A DNA stretch of 64,000 bases. Origin: Prasinococcaceae sp. CCMP 1430. Its lineage: Eukaryota; Plantae; Prasinodermophyta. This document shows, piece after piece, positions 33,174 to 44,319 of this stretch. Location of the stretch: the NCBI GenBank assembly GCA_013416795.1, contig RQSC01000022.1, positions 156,926-220,925 on the forward strand, given 5' to 3'. Positions within the stretch are counted from its first letter, which is position 1. Every line of letters starts with the position of its first letter. The position numbers and the translations under genes were made by a program. Below the pieces are notes generated by a model that saw only the letters and a list, made by a program, of their open reading frames with translations, was not told where the DNA came from and searched no databases.

Positions 33174-33445
33174 TATCGCCGTGTTGGGGGTGCTGGCCGG
33201 CGCCGCGCCACAGCGCGAGCGCGCGGCGCCCGCAGGGCGGGCGGCCCGCGCGTCGCCCCAGGCAGCTCGAGGGGCGTCAGGAGCGCTCGTGGCCGCCCGC
33301 CGAGGCGCGCGGAGTCTGCGAGGGCGGAGAGGGCGGACGCGCGCGCGTGCAAGCACTCATACATACTGTACACACACACGCACAGACACACACGCCCGCA
33401 CACGCACAGACACACGCACACACATCCCCCCCGCCGACCCGCGGG

Positions 33446-34111
33446 ATGGGCGGCGCCGAGGGCCCGGGCGCGGACGCGGCGCTGCCCGCTGGTGGCGCGC
33501 CGCCCGCCGCTCCCCGTCCGGCGGACGCGGACGCGGTGGCGGCGGCCGTCGCGGCCGCCCGCGACGAGTTCTACGTGCGGTACTACGTCGGGCGCCGCGG
33601 GCGCCACGGGCACGAGTTCCTCGAGATCGAGCTGCGCAGCGACGGCCGGCTGCGGTACGCCAACCAGAGCCGCTACGGGGGCGAGGCGCGGATCAGGAAG
33701 GTGGGGTGCGCGCTCGGCACCGAGCCCGCCCGCGCCGCGCGCGTTCGCGCTCTGTCCGCCGCGCGCTCTGACGGCTTGCCCTGCGCGCGCCATCGCCCTG
33801 CCGCGCAGGAGTGCGTGCTGTCGCAGGCGTGCGTGCGCGAGGTGCGAAGGCTTGTCACCGAGTCGGGCATCGTGCAGGAGGATGACGCGCGCTGGCCGGA
33901 GCCGAGCGGCGAGGACGGCGGCAGGCAGGAGCTGGAGGTTGTGCTCGGGGCGGAGCACGTGTCGTTCGTCACCGCGGAGACCGAGTCGCTGAGCAGCGCC
34001 CGCGCGTCGCGCGACCCGCGCGGCCTCGAGCGGCTGTACTACTGCGTCCAGGACCTCAAGGCCATCGTGCTCAGCCTGATGTCGCTGCACTTCAAGGAGC
34101 GGCCCGTGTGA
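33446..34111 (+). CDS. MAGO: Mago nashi homolog, strongly diverged; exons 33446-33700 and 33809-34111
   Basis: EFYVRYYVG..G.HGHEFLEIE.R.DG.LRYAN, EDDARWP, GRQELEVV.G.EHVSF, DP.GL..LYY.VQDLK...LSL.SLHFK. Confidence 0.85.
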   Translation: MGGAEGPGADAALPAGGAPPAAPRPADADAVAAAVAAARDEFYVRYYVGRRGRHGHEFLEIELRSDGRLRYANQSRYGGEARIRKVGCALGTEPARAARVRALSAARSDGLPCARHRPAAQECVLSQACVREVRRLVTESGIVQEDDARWPEPSGEDGGRQELEVVLGAEHVSFVTAETESLSSARASRDPRGLERLYYCVQDLKAIVLSLMSLHFKERPV

Positions 34112-34297
34112 GCGGCGCGCCGCGACCGCTCGCACGAAACCTCTCTGGGGTAAACATTAACGGTGGTGGGGGGGGGCGATGTGCGGGCTCCGCCGAGCGC
34201 GCGCGCGCTCGCCCGCGTCGCGCGATCCCTCCTCTCGGCGGGGGCTTTGTACAGTCGAGGGGCGCGGCGGGCCGCGTCGCGGCGGCGGCGCCGCCGC

Positions 34298-35170
34298 TCA
34301 GCGGTTGCCGATGATGCCCTTCTCGGCGTTCGCGGAGGCCTGCGCCAGCAGCATGTCGAGGTTCTTCTTCTCGAGCAGGTTCTCCTGCGTCTTGAGGACG
34401 TTGTCGATGAGGCCGTACACCACCGCGCCCTCGGGCGTCAGGTAGAAGGGCCGCGACACGTCCTTCTCGACCTTCTCGACCTTCTGTCCGGTGTGGCGCG
34501 CGATGGCCTCGTAGTACACGCGCGCGTTGGCCTCGGTCTCGTCGGCCTTGATCTTGACGTCCGACACGGGGCCGGCCGTCTGGTTCATGACGGGCGCCAT
34601 GAGCTTGATCTGCGCGTGCGGCAGCGCGAAGCGCTTGCCCTTGGCGCCGCGGCTGAGGATCATGGCCGCCTGGCCGAAGGCGCGCCCGATGGCGATGGTG
34701 TGGATGGTGGGCTTGATGTAGCTCATGGTGTCCGCGATGGCGTACGCCTCGGTCTCGAAGCCGACGCTCTGCCCCTCGGCGTTCTGCGACCCCTCCGAGT
34801 TGATGTACACGTACACGGGCTTCTCGGGCGAGTCGTACTGCAGCCAGAGGAGCTGCGCGATCACCAGCTCTGTCACGCTCGGCACGAGGGGCATGCCGAC
34901 GTACACGATGCGCGAGTCCAGCAGCATCGACGGGAGGTCGGGGGGCGCCTGCGAGGCGGCGCCGAACCCGCCGCCCGCCGCCACGCCGCCGCCGCCCACC
35001 ATCGCGGTCGCGGTGCGCCCCGCCATGCTCGTCTCGGCGCGGTAGTGCGACGACGCGCCGATCAGCTCGTCCGACGGCAGCACGAGGCGCGACGCCACGT
35101 CGTCCGACGGGCCGCACAGCCCCATGCCCCGCATCTGCTTCGGCGTCAGCCCGTACATCGCGGGCGGCGC
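34298..35170 (-). CDS. CLPR: Plastid ClpR non-catalytic Clp subunit (ClpR1-like); upstream exon(s) missing
   Basis: PPDLPSMLLDSRIVYVGMPLVPSVTELVIAQLLWLQYD..EKPVYVYINS.G, ETEAYAIADT; the catalytic-Ser position reads GRAFGQAAM (no Ser); CCGCAG acceptor just upstream. Confidence 0.85.
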   Translation of the reverse strand, partial: APPAMYGLTPKQMRGMGLCGPSDDVASRLVLPSDELIGASSHYRAETSMAGRTATAMVGGGGVAAGGGFGAASQAPPDLPSMLLDSRIVYVGMPLVPSVTELVIAQLLWLQYDSPEKPVYVYINSEGSQNAEGQSVGFETEAYAIADTMSYIKPTIHTIAIGRAFGQAAMILSRGAKGKRFALPHAQIKLMAPVMNQTAGPVSDVKIKADETEANARVYYEAIARHTGQKVEKVEKDVSRPFYLTPEGAVVYGLIDNVLKTQENLLEKKNLDMLLAQASANAEKGIIGNR

Positions 35171-36349
35171 TGCGGGGCGGAGCGGCCAGCATCCCGCCGC
35201 GGCGGGGTCGGCGTGGTTCCGGGTAAGCTTTAGGGTATAGGGTTTACTGTATTACCACCTGTACNTGCGTGCCAGCTGCACAGACCCACGCCGCGCATGC
35301 CTCCGGTGGCCTGGCTGAGGTCGCGATGGCGTACTCGTGCGGCGTGGCGGCCTTTGTGGCTGGCGCGGCGATGCTCACGTGCGCGGTCACAGCAGCGGTT
35401 AGCCACGCGCAGCGTAAGTGACCGCCGGCCGCGTGCGCCGCGCGCGCACGCTGTGGCGCCGCCCCGGCGCGCGCGCCTCTTCTTTGCCCGCACGTTCGAA
35501 CTCATTTTGACATATCACAATACATTATTCAAAATGCATCCATACGATGAAAATATATGTGCTATGATGTATACTTCTTGGACGTGTGAATAAACATAAT
35601 CATCTCCTCATGGGTGCATTTTGACCCGCGCTCCCCGCGCGCGCGCGCGCGGCGCGCGCCCCCAAGGATCCGCCCTTTGCCAGCCCTAACCCGAACCAAT
35701 GATGCGCTCAATAAATTACATATTGAAGACGTCATTCCGCGAAATTGTATATGTATATACACACATCTTTGTAAAATATTTGCCGCGATATGCGGGGGGT
35801 ACGCCGCGATGCCTTTAGGGTACAGGGTTCCGAAAAGAGCAGGAGGAATGCAGGAAGGCGTTTCGACGTGGGATTCCATTTGGATTCCGCAGATCGACGC
35901 AGCGGAAGGCGAAATTTCGATGCATTCGACGGATTCGGAGGAATTCGAGCGGGTACTTTGGAACCCTCGCCTTATCCGCGCCGCAGGCAGGGCTGCTGGC
36001 TGCTGCCGGGTGCGCAGCAGCGGTGACGCGCCTGTGCGTGCGCGTGTGTGTGTGTGCGTGTGTGTGCGTCTGCGTGCGTGTGTGTGCGTCTGCGTGCGTG
36101 TGTGTGTGTGTGTATGCGTGTGTGTGTGTGTGCGTGTGCGTGTGTGTGCGTGTGTGTGTGTGCGTGTGTGGACGCGCGCGTGTGTGCGCGTACCAGACCG
36201 CGCGGCTGTGGCTCGGCAGCACGCCCCCCCGGGCGGCGATGGCGGCCGCGCGCGCGTACGCGCCCTCCCGCGGGCACGCGCGCGCGCGCGCACACACACA
36301 CGCACGTGCGCTCACACACACGCACCGCCCGCGCCGCGCCGCGCGCGCT

Positions 36350-36517
36350 CGTGACGGCCGCCGCGTCGCTCGCCGCCGTCGCGCAGCAGAACACCATCTT
36401 CGCGGCGGTCGTCGCCGGCGAGGCGGGGTACAACAAGCTCGCGGAGACGCTCGACAAGGTGCGGACGCGGACGCTGCGCGCGGGCAACGCCGCGTGTGCG
36501 TGTGCGTATGTGTGTGT

Positions 36518-36578
<61 letters not shown>

Positions 36579-36656
36579 GTGTGTGTGTGTGTGTGCTGCT
36601 TGCGCGCGTGTACGCCGCTGCATGCGCGCTGACATGAACACGCACACAAACACGTT

Positions 36657-36690
<34 letters not shown>

Positions 36691-37096
36691 TATGCTTTGG
36701 CGCGCGTGCAGGACGGCCTGTACGACACCGTGCCCGTCCCCGAGGACACCGTGAAGGCCGAGCTGGCGGGCGCGGGCGCGCTGCTGCTGGGCGCCGTCGC
36801 GTACGGCGCGCTCGGCAGCGCCATCGGGGGCATCGCCGTGTCTGCGCCTGCGAGGTGCGAGCGACGCGCCGGCGCCGCAAGTCGCGCGCGCGCACACACA
36901 CACAACACACACACACACACACACACACACGCGCGTACACACGCCAACAAACACGCGAACGTACACACACACACGCGCGCGCGCGCGCAGAGGCACGCAC
37001 ACACGCACGCATGCGAGCATGCACTCGAGCATAGACGTGCACGAGCGCACCTGACCCACGCGTGCGCACATTCAACACTATCTTTCACGCAAACAC

Positions 37097-37156
<60 letters not shown>

Positions 37157-37377
37157 CACACACACGCACACACACACACACACACACATCACACACATCA
37201 CACACACACACGCACACGCCGCCCCGCAGCGCCGCGCTGGTGGCCCTGTACGCCAAGCGCGCCGCGGACACCCCCAACTCGCTGGTGTCCTTCCCGGGGC
37301 CGCGCGCGACGCCCGTGGCGCTCATGATGCTCAGCTTCTTCGTCTTCTGCGCGCAGGCGCAGGTCTTCGCCAACTAA
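36350..37377 (+). CDS. Multi-exon hypothetical membrane protein; introns 36459-36711 and ~36854-37230
   Basis: Exons [29 protein letters not shown]|[43 protein letters not shown]|[48 protein letters not shown]. Confidence 0.55.
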
Positions 37378-37433
37378 GCTGAGCCCGGAAGGGCGCGTGC
37401 ACAGAGGGGGGCACCGCGTGCGCAGACGCGCTT

Positions 37434-37532
<99 letters not shown>

Positions 37533-37540
37533 NNNNNNNN

Positions 37541-37620
<80 letters not shown>

Positions 37621-37775
37621 GCGTGTGTGTGTCTGCCTGCGCGTGTGTGTGTGTGTACTGTGAGTGTCAGGGCGTGTGCAGACGTTGGTGGGCGCGTGCG
37701 CGTGTGTGTGTGTGTGCGGACGTGTTTATGTGTGTGTGTTCGCTCTGTGGGTGTGTGCCCGTCGCTGCTTATGTG

Positions 37776-37808
<33 letters not shown>

Positions 37809-37989
37809 ACACACGTGTGTGCGTGCACCCACACGCTTCAGAGCCGGCCTGGCCGCCCGTGCATGCCTCCCTTCCACATATCATTGCACAATAGTATAGT
37901 ATATTACTTGAAACGTATACATTACCCACGGGAATGTACGTACAAGCAAGCGACCTAACATCGATGTGAGGTCGCTCGGACGCCGCCGG

Positions 37990-38473
37990 CGCGCGATACA
38001 CTACGCGGCGATGCGAATTTCGTCTCATTGCAACTGCATCAAACCACTGCTCGACGCGGGCGTCGACGCGTCCTTGCGCGACGCGAACGGCGAGACCGCG
38101 CTCGACATCGCCCGGAAGGCAAACTACACGGAAGCGATCGCGGCGCTCAGTGCCGCAGGGCGCAGACAAAGACTCGGTCGACATCGCAGGCCAGACGCCC
38201 TTGCACTACGCCTCAGAGGGGAATCTAGGTAGCCTCGAGCGTCTGCTCGAGGCGGGTGCGGATACGGATCGAGTGGACAAAGCCGGCCGAACGCCCTTGC
38301 ACACCGCGGCGATGCATTCGCAAAATTGCAACTGCATCAAACCACTGCTCGACGCGGGCGCCGACGCGTCCTTGCGTGACTTCAACGGCGAGACCGCGCT
38401 CGACATCGCCCGGGAGTTAAACAACACGGGAGCGATCGCGGCGCTCAGTGCCTGCGTCGACCGGGCAGACTGA
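37990..38473 (+). pseudogene. Ankyrin-repeat fragment with internal duplication and frameshift
   Basis: Two near-identical ~150-bp blocks offset by 298 bp (not a multiple of 3); GQTPLHYA, GRTPLHTAA, GETALDIA; no upstream start. Confidence 0.55.
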
Positions 38474-38519
38474 TCAGTAAGTCGGTGTACACTCAGAGCG
38501 CACGCCGGCGCCAGGCGGC

Positions 38520-39010
38520 TGCAGTCAGGCGTACACGCTGCCGTCGGCGAGGTCTGCGGAGGCGATCTCGCGCGCCTATGTGTGTGTGTGTGTGTGCGTG
38601 TGTGTGCGTGTGTGTGTGTCAGCATTGGCGAGCCCTTGTGTGCGTGTGCGCACGTGCTTGCGCGCGTGTGTGCTGTACACGAACGCCCGCGCGCTCCCTC
38701 ACCGTGGCCCTCATGGCGTCCGCGTCGACCAGCCCTTCGCCCAGCACCGCCACGGCGGCGTCCGCCAGCGCGAGCAGCTCGGGCAGCTCCGCGCGCGGGC
38801 GGCGGTGGCACAGCACCACGGCGACGTCGTCCGCGCCAGGCGCGCGACCCTGCGAGGGCGCGCGCGCGCGCGCGTGTGTGCGTGTGCGTGCGCGTGTGCG
38901 CGTGATGTGTGAGCGCACGTGAATTTGTCTCGAGCGAGAGCGCTGGCGAGCGTCGGTCCATGCAGACACACAGGTGCGTGCGTGCTCACACACGAGCATA
39001 CAGACGAGCA

Positions 39011-39073
<63 letters not shown>

Positions 39074-39362
39074 ACATACTCTCTCTCTCTCACACACACA
39101 CGCTCACTGACACCGATCACATACACACGCGCCCGCACCTCGGCACCGCCCGCCACCTCGGCCGCGAGCAGGTCCACCGCGTGCGCCGCGGGCAGCTCCG
39201 CGGCGCCCGCCACGCCGCCCGCGCCGGCGCCGCGCGCGAAGAGCAGCGGCGCCTCCTCGTCCTCCTCCCCCTCCCTCCCGGCGCCCACGCCGGATGCCGC
39301 GTGCAGGGCGCCCGCCACGGAGGCAGCGGGCGCGGCCTTCAGTGTGCGTGCGCGTGTGAGCG

Positions 39363-39393
<31 letters not shown>

Positions 39394-39409
39394 AAGTGTG
39401 TGTGTGTGT

Positions 39410-39462
<53 letters not shown>

Positions 39463-40813
39463 TGTGTGTGTGTATGTGTGTTTGTGTGTGTGTGTGTATG
39501 TGGAAGTGGAAGTGGAAGTGTGTCAGCACGTGTGCCGACGCACGCGAAGACGCGCACGCTCACAGGCGAACGCAAGCGCGGTGAGAAACGCAGGTGCGCG
39601 TGCGAACGCCAGCACACACACACACACACACACACGCACACACACACGCACACACACACGCACACACGCACACACACACACACACACGCACGCACACACA
39701 CACACGCACGCAATCACGCACACGCATAATCGCACATTCACACACGCCCCCACGCACCTCGAACGCCACCACTCTTGCGCCGTCGTCGGCCGCGCCGCGC
39801 AGCGCCTCTGCGAGCGCCGCGCGCCGCGCGTGTGAGGCGCACAGAGACGGCGGCACGCACGCGAGCGCCGCCGCGCCGTCGCCCGCGGCGCCCAGGGCGT
39901 ACACGCACGCCGCCGAGGATGCGCCAGGTGCGCCTGTGTGTGTGTGTGCGTGCGTGTGTGTGTATGTGTGTGTGTGTGTGTGTATGTGTGTGTGTGTGTG
40001 TGTGTGTGCGTGTGTGTGTGTGTGTGTATGTGTGTGTGTGTGTGTGTGTGTGCGTGTGTGTGTGTATGTGTGTGTGTGTGTGTGTGTGTGAGCGTGAGAA
40101 TCACAAGGGCACAAAGGCGCGCAAACGTGTGCATCTGCGTGTGCATGCCGGCCGTGTGTGTGTGCGTGTGTGTGTGTGTGTGTATGCGCGAGCGTGTGCG
40201 CACGGGTACGTGTGTGTGTGCCAGCGCGGGCACACGCGCTCACGCGACGCACCCGCCATCCTCCCGCGAGCGCCCGCGAAGCTGCGCTCGGGCGCGCACA
40301 CCGACGCGGCGAGCGCGCACTCCGCCCCCGCGACGGCGCGCGCCCGCGCTGTGCGTGTGCGTGTGCGTGTGCGTGTGCGTGTGTGTGTGCGTGTGCGTGT
40401 GCGTGTGCGTGTGCGCGCGCGCGTGTGTGTGTGTGCGTGCGTGTGTGTGTGTGTGTGTGTGTGCGTGTGTGTGTGAGTGTGTGTGTGCGCGCGCGCGTCC
40501 AGGAAGGGAGGGATGAGGTGTGTGTGTGTGAGTGAGCGCAAGCGCATGCGTGCGCGTGCGGAGAGAGGCATTCGTAGCGCGCGCGCGCGAGCGCATGCGG
40601 GCAATCACCCACACACGCAAGGGCGCTCGCGCACACACATACGCGCGCACACACACACACACACACACGCACACACACGCACACACACAGCGCGCCCACG
40701 CACCACGTGACGAGCAGCGGCTCGCGCTCGGCGCCGTCCTCGTCGGCCTCGTCCGGCTCGCGCCACTCGGGCGGCAGGTCATAGGCGGGGTCGTACGCGT
40801 CGAAGGAGGCCAT
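38520..40813 (-). CDS. Multi-exon hypothetical protein with microsatellite introns
   Basis: ATG 40813 [37 protein letters not shown]; coding islands at ~40350-40250, 39930-39760, 39340-39140 and 38850-38700, flanked by GT/AG. Confidence 0.45.
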
Positions 40814-41077
40814 AGCGGACTCGCACACACACACACACGCACGCGCGCGCGCGCACAGGCACGCGCAGAGAAACACACACACACACACGCACACGCGCAC
40901 ACACACACGCACACACGCACGCGCACACACACACGCGCGCTGAGTGGCGCGTGCGCGCGAACGAGCGCGATCAGATCTGTATTTGCGCGAGTGCGCTCTG
41001 AGCGCGCGCCCGCGCTTGTCATGACGTGTGTTTGAGTGCATGTGCATGCAACATCGTGCGTGTGTGTGTGTGCGTGG

Positions 41078-41113
<36 letters not shown>

Positions 41114-41184
41114 CACACACACACACACACACACTGTGTGTGTGTGTGTGTGCGTGTGTGTGTGTGTGTGTGTAAATGTGTGTG

Positions 41185-41263
<79 letters not shown>

Positions 41264-41265
41264 AC

Positions 41266-41296
<31 letters not shown>

Positions 41297-41389
41297 CGCG
41301 CGGGCGCGTGTGTGTGTGTGTAAGCTTGTATGTGCTTGAGTTTTTGCTTGCACTGCACGCGCGTGCGCACGCGCGCGCCCTCCGCCGCA

Positions 41390-41620
41390 CCTGTGCGCGC
41401 CGGCGTCGCCCGCCTCGGCGTCGAGCACCACGTCGCCGTGCAGCACGGGGGTGAGGCCCGCGCCCAGCAGCGGCAGCAGCGCCTGCGCGTACGCGGAGGG
41501 CGGCGTGCGCGACGTCCAGCCCAGGGGCAGCGGGGACACGCCCACCGCGGCGAGGCCCGCCTGCGAAGACACGAGCGCGTGTGTGTGGTCGTATGCGTGT
41601 GTGTGTGTGTGTGTGTTTGT

Positions 41621-41714
<94 letters not shown>

Positions 41715-41719
41715 GCGTG

Positions 41720-41758
<39 letters not shown>

Positions 41759-41897
41759 GTAAGTGCGCGTACGTGCATACGACGAGAGTAACCGCACGAA
41801 AGGCTACGCACAAGCTCACGAAAGTACACATGCACACACACCAGCACTCGCACAAACACACGTCCACACACAAACACACACGCGTGCGCGCGCGCGT

Positions 41898-41941
<44 letters not shown>

Positions 41942-42196
41942 GCACGCCGCCCGCTCCGCCGTCGGCGTCCGCCTCGCTCAGCGCGCGCACGACCGCCGCG
42001 TTGAGCTCCCGCACCGCCGCGGCGGTCTCGGTGGCGCGCCTGGGGTGCAAGGGCGAGAGAAAGAGAGGGCGCGGGTTAGCTGGCGCACAGGCGCAACACA
42101 CATACGCACAAACACACACACACACACAAATATAGACACACACACACACATAGAGAGAGAGAGAGACAGACACGCACACACACACACACGTTCACA

Positions 42197-42258
<62 letters not shown>

Positions 42259-42505
42259 CACACACATATAAATACTCATGCACACATACACACACGCACA
42301 CACACACACACACATACACACACACGCATGCACACGCGCACACACGTGCCTGCGCGCCACAGAGGTGTAGCCGCGCTCTTTGAGCTCGTCGAGCATCGCG
42401 CGCGCCTGCGGGTGGCCGAAGCTGCCCGCGCCGTGGACGACCACAAGCGGCGCGAGAGGGGCGCTGCGCGCGCATTAACGTGTGTGCGTGTGTGTGTGCG
42501 TGTGT

Positions 42506-42542
<37 letters not shown>

Positions 42543-42561
42543 ACACACACACACACACACA

Positions 42562-42600
<39 letters not shown>

Positions 42601-42758
42601 TGTGTGTGTGTATGTGTGTGAGCGCACGCGTGAATGCGTGCGAGCGCATACGCACGCGTTGTGTGGGTCAGCACGTGCGCGGGGTGGACAAGTGTGCGTG
42701 CTTGTGCCTGCATACATGACCAATCGCACACACACACACACAAACACACACACACAAG

Positions 42759-42814
<56 letters not shown>

Positions 42815-43041
42815 TGCGCGCGCCCAGTCCTCACCCTCGCGCCTCCTTCCCCTCGGCGACGAGGAGCGCCTCGCGCGCGTCGGCGAGCTCCTTCGCGGCG
42901 CTCGCGAGCGCGTCCTCGCGCAGGTCGCTGACGCCGGCCTTTTCGGGGGAAGTGTGAGCGTGTGCGGGCGTGCTGTGTGGGTCAGCACGAGCGCGTGTGT
43001 GTGCAAATGTGCGCGCACGTGCCTACCAGATGCATGGCAAC

Positions 43042-43089
<48 letters not shown>

Positions 43090-43199
43090 GTGCGCATACG
43101 CTTGCGCATGCACACACACACGCACACACACACACGGCCGCGCAAGCACACGCAGATGCACACGTTTACGCGCCTGCGTGCCCGCGTGATCCTCACGCT

Positions 43200-43272
<73 letters not shown>

Positions 43273-43438
43273 ACGCTCACACACACGCACGCACACACAC
43301 ACACGCGCGCGTGTGTGCACATGTGCGCGTCCGGCCCTCACCTTGTCGGAGAGCGCCGCGCCGCCGAGCTTGACGACGCAGCGCACGCGCCGCTGCGGCG
43401 CGGCGGCGTTGGCCGAGGGCGCGGGGGAAGGGGGCATC

Positions 43439-43440
<2 letters not shown>
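41390..43440 (-). CDS. Isopentenyl phosphate kinase-like (amino-acid kinase family), N-terminal exons only
   Basis: [13 protein letters not shown]|[11 protein letters not shown]...|[15 protein letters not shown]|...[10 protein letters not shown]|...[17 protein letters not shown], including the IPK-type HGAGSFGH and PVLHGD motifs. C-terminal SGD/DVTGGM exons not found. Confidence 0.7.
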
Positions 43441-43489
<49 letters not shown>

Positions 43490-44319
43490 TGTGTGTGTGT
43501 GCGCGCGTGTGCGCGTGTCTGTGCGCGCGCTCGGGGGCGCGCGTGCGCGCGCACGCCGCGCGTGCGCGCGTATGCGTGCACGCGCGCCCCTCGCGCCCCA
43601 CGCACGCAGTGTGGCGAGCGTGCGCTTGCACACACATGCATCGATACACACACACACACACACACACGCACACACATGCACGCACACGCACACACACACA
43701 CGCACACGCACACACACACGCACACGCACACACGCACACGCACACACGCGCGCGCCCCGCGCGTCGCGCCGCGCCGAAGGGGCGCGCGCCCCTTCGCGCC
43801 CGCACGTCAAAACGCATTGAGATTCCGTACGTCAAAACGCATTCGAACCGACGCGGCACCCGTCGCGTTCGATCTGATGGCGCGTTCCCCCGCGGCGCGC
43901 GCGGGCGCGCGCGCGCGCACGGGAGCGCGACGGCGCTGTCACCTCGCTCGCGCGGGCGGGGGGAGGGTGCTGTAGGGGCGGGGGAAGGGGGCAGGGGGAG
44001 GGTGTTCGCGGGCGGCGCGGGCGCGGGCGAAGGGAAGCGCTCGTGCTGCGTGACTGGGAGCGGACGGACGGGCGGATGTTGGCCGCGGTGCGCTGGCGGC
44101 GTGCCGCGCGTCCGCAGTGTGTGTGTGTGTGTGTCGGCGCGCTCGCGCCACACGTGCGCGCGCGTTCCCCTCGCGCGGCACGCGCGCGGGCGCGCGCCGT
44201 CCGACGATCAGCGACGCGGCGCGGCCTCGCACGAAGGCGCGCGCGCGCGCGGGCGCTCAGCGCTCGACGCTCGCGCGGCGTACACGACGCCCGCGATCGC
44301 GCGCGTGGAGCGGTGCAGG

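Noticed and set aside
35316-35420. Short hydrophobic ORF MAYSCGVAAFVAGAAMLTCAVTAAVSHAQRK*
   Set aside because: Follows the N at 35265; probably the 3' tail of a gene whose body is missing.
15202-43975. Many long ORFs of CVCVCV / HTHTHT
   Set aside because: Translations of (TG)n/(CA)n microsatellites, which contain no stop codons; not proteins.
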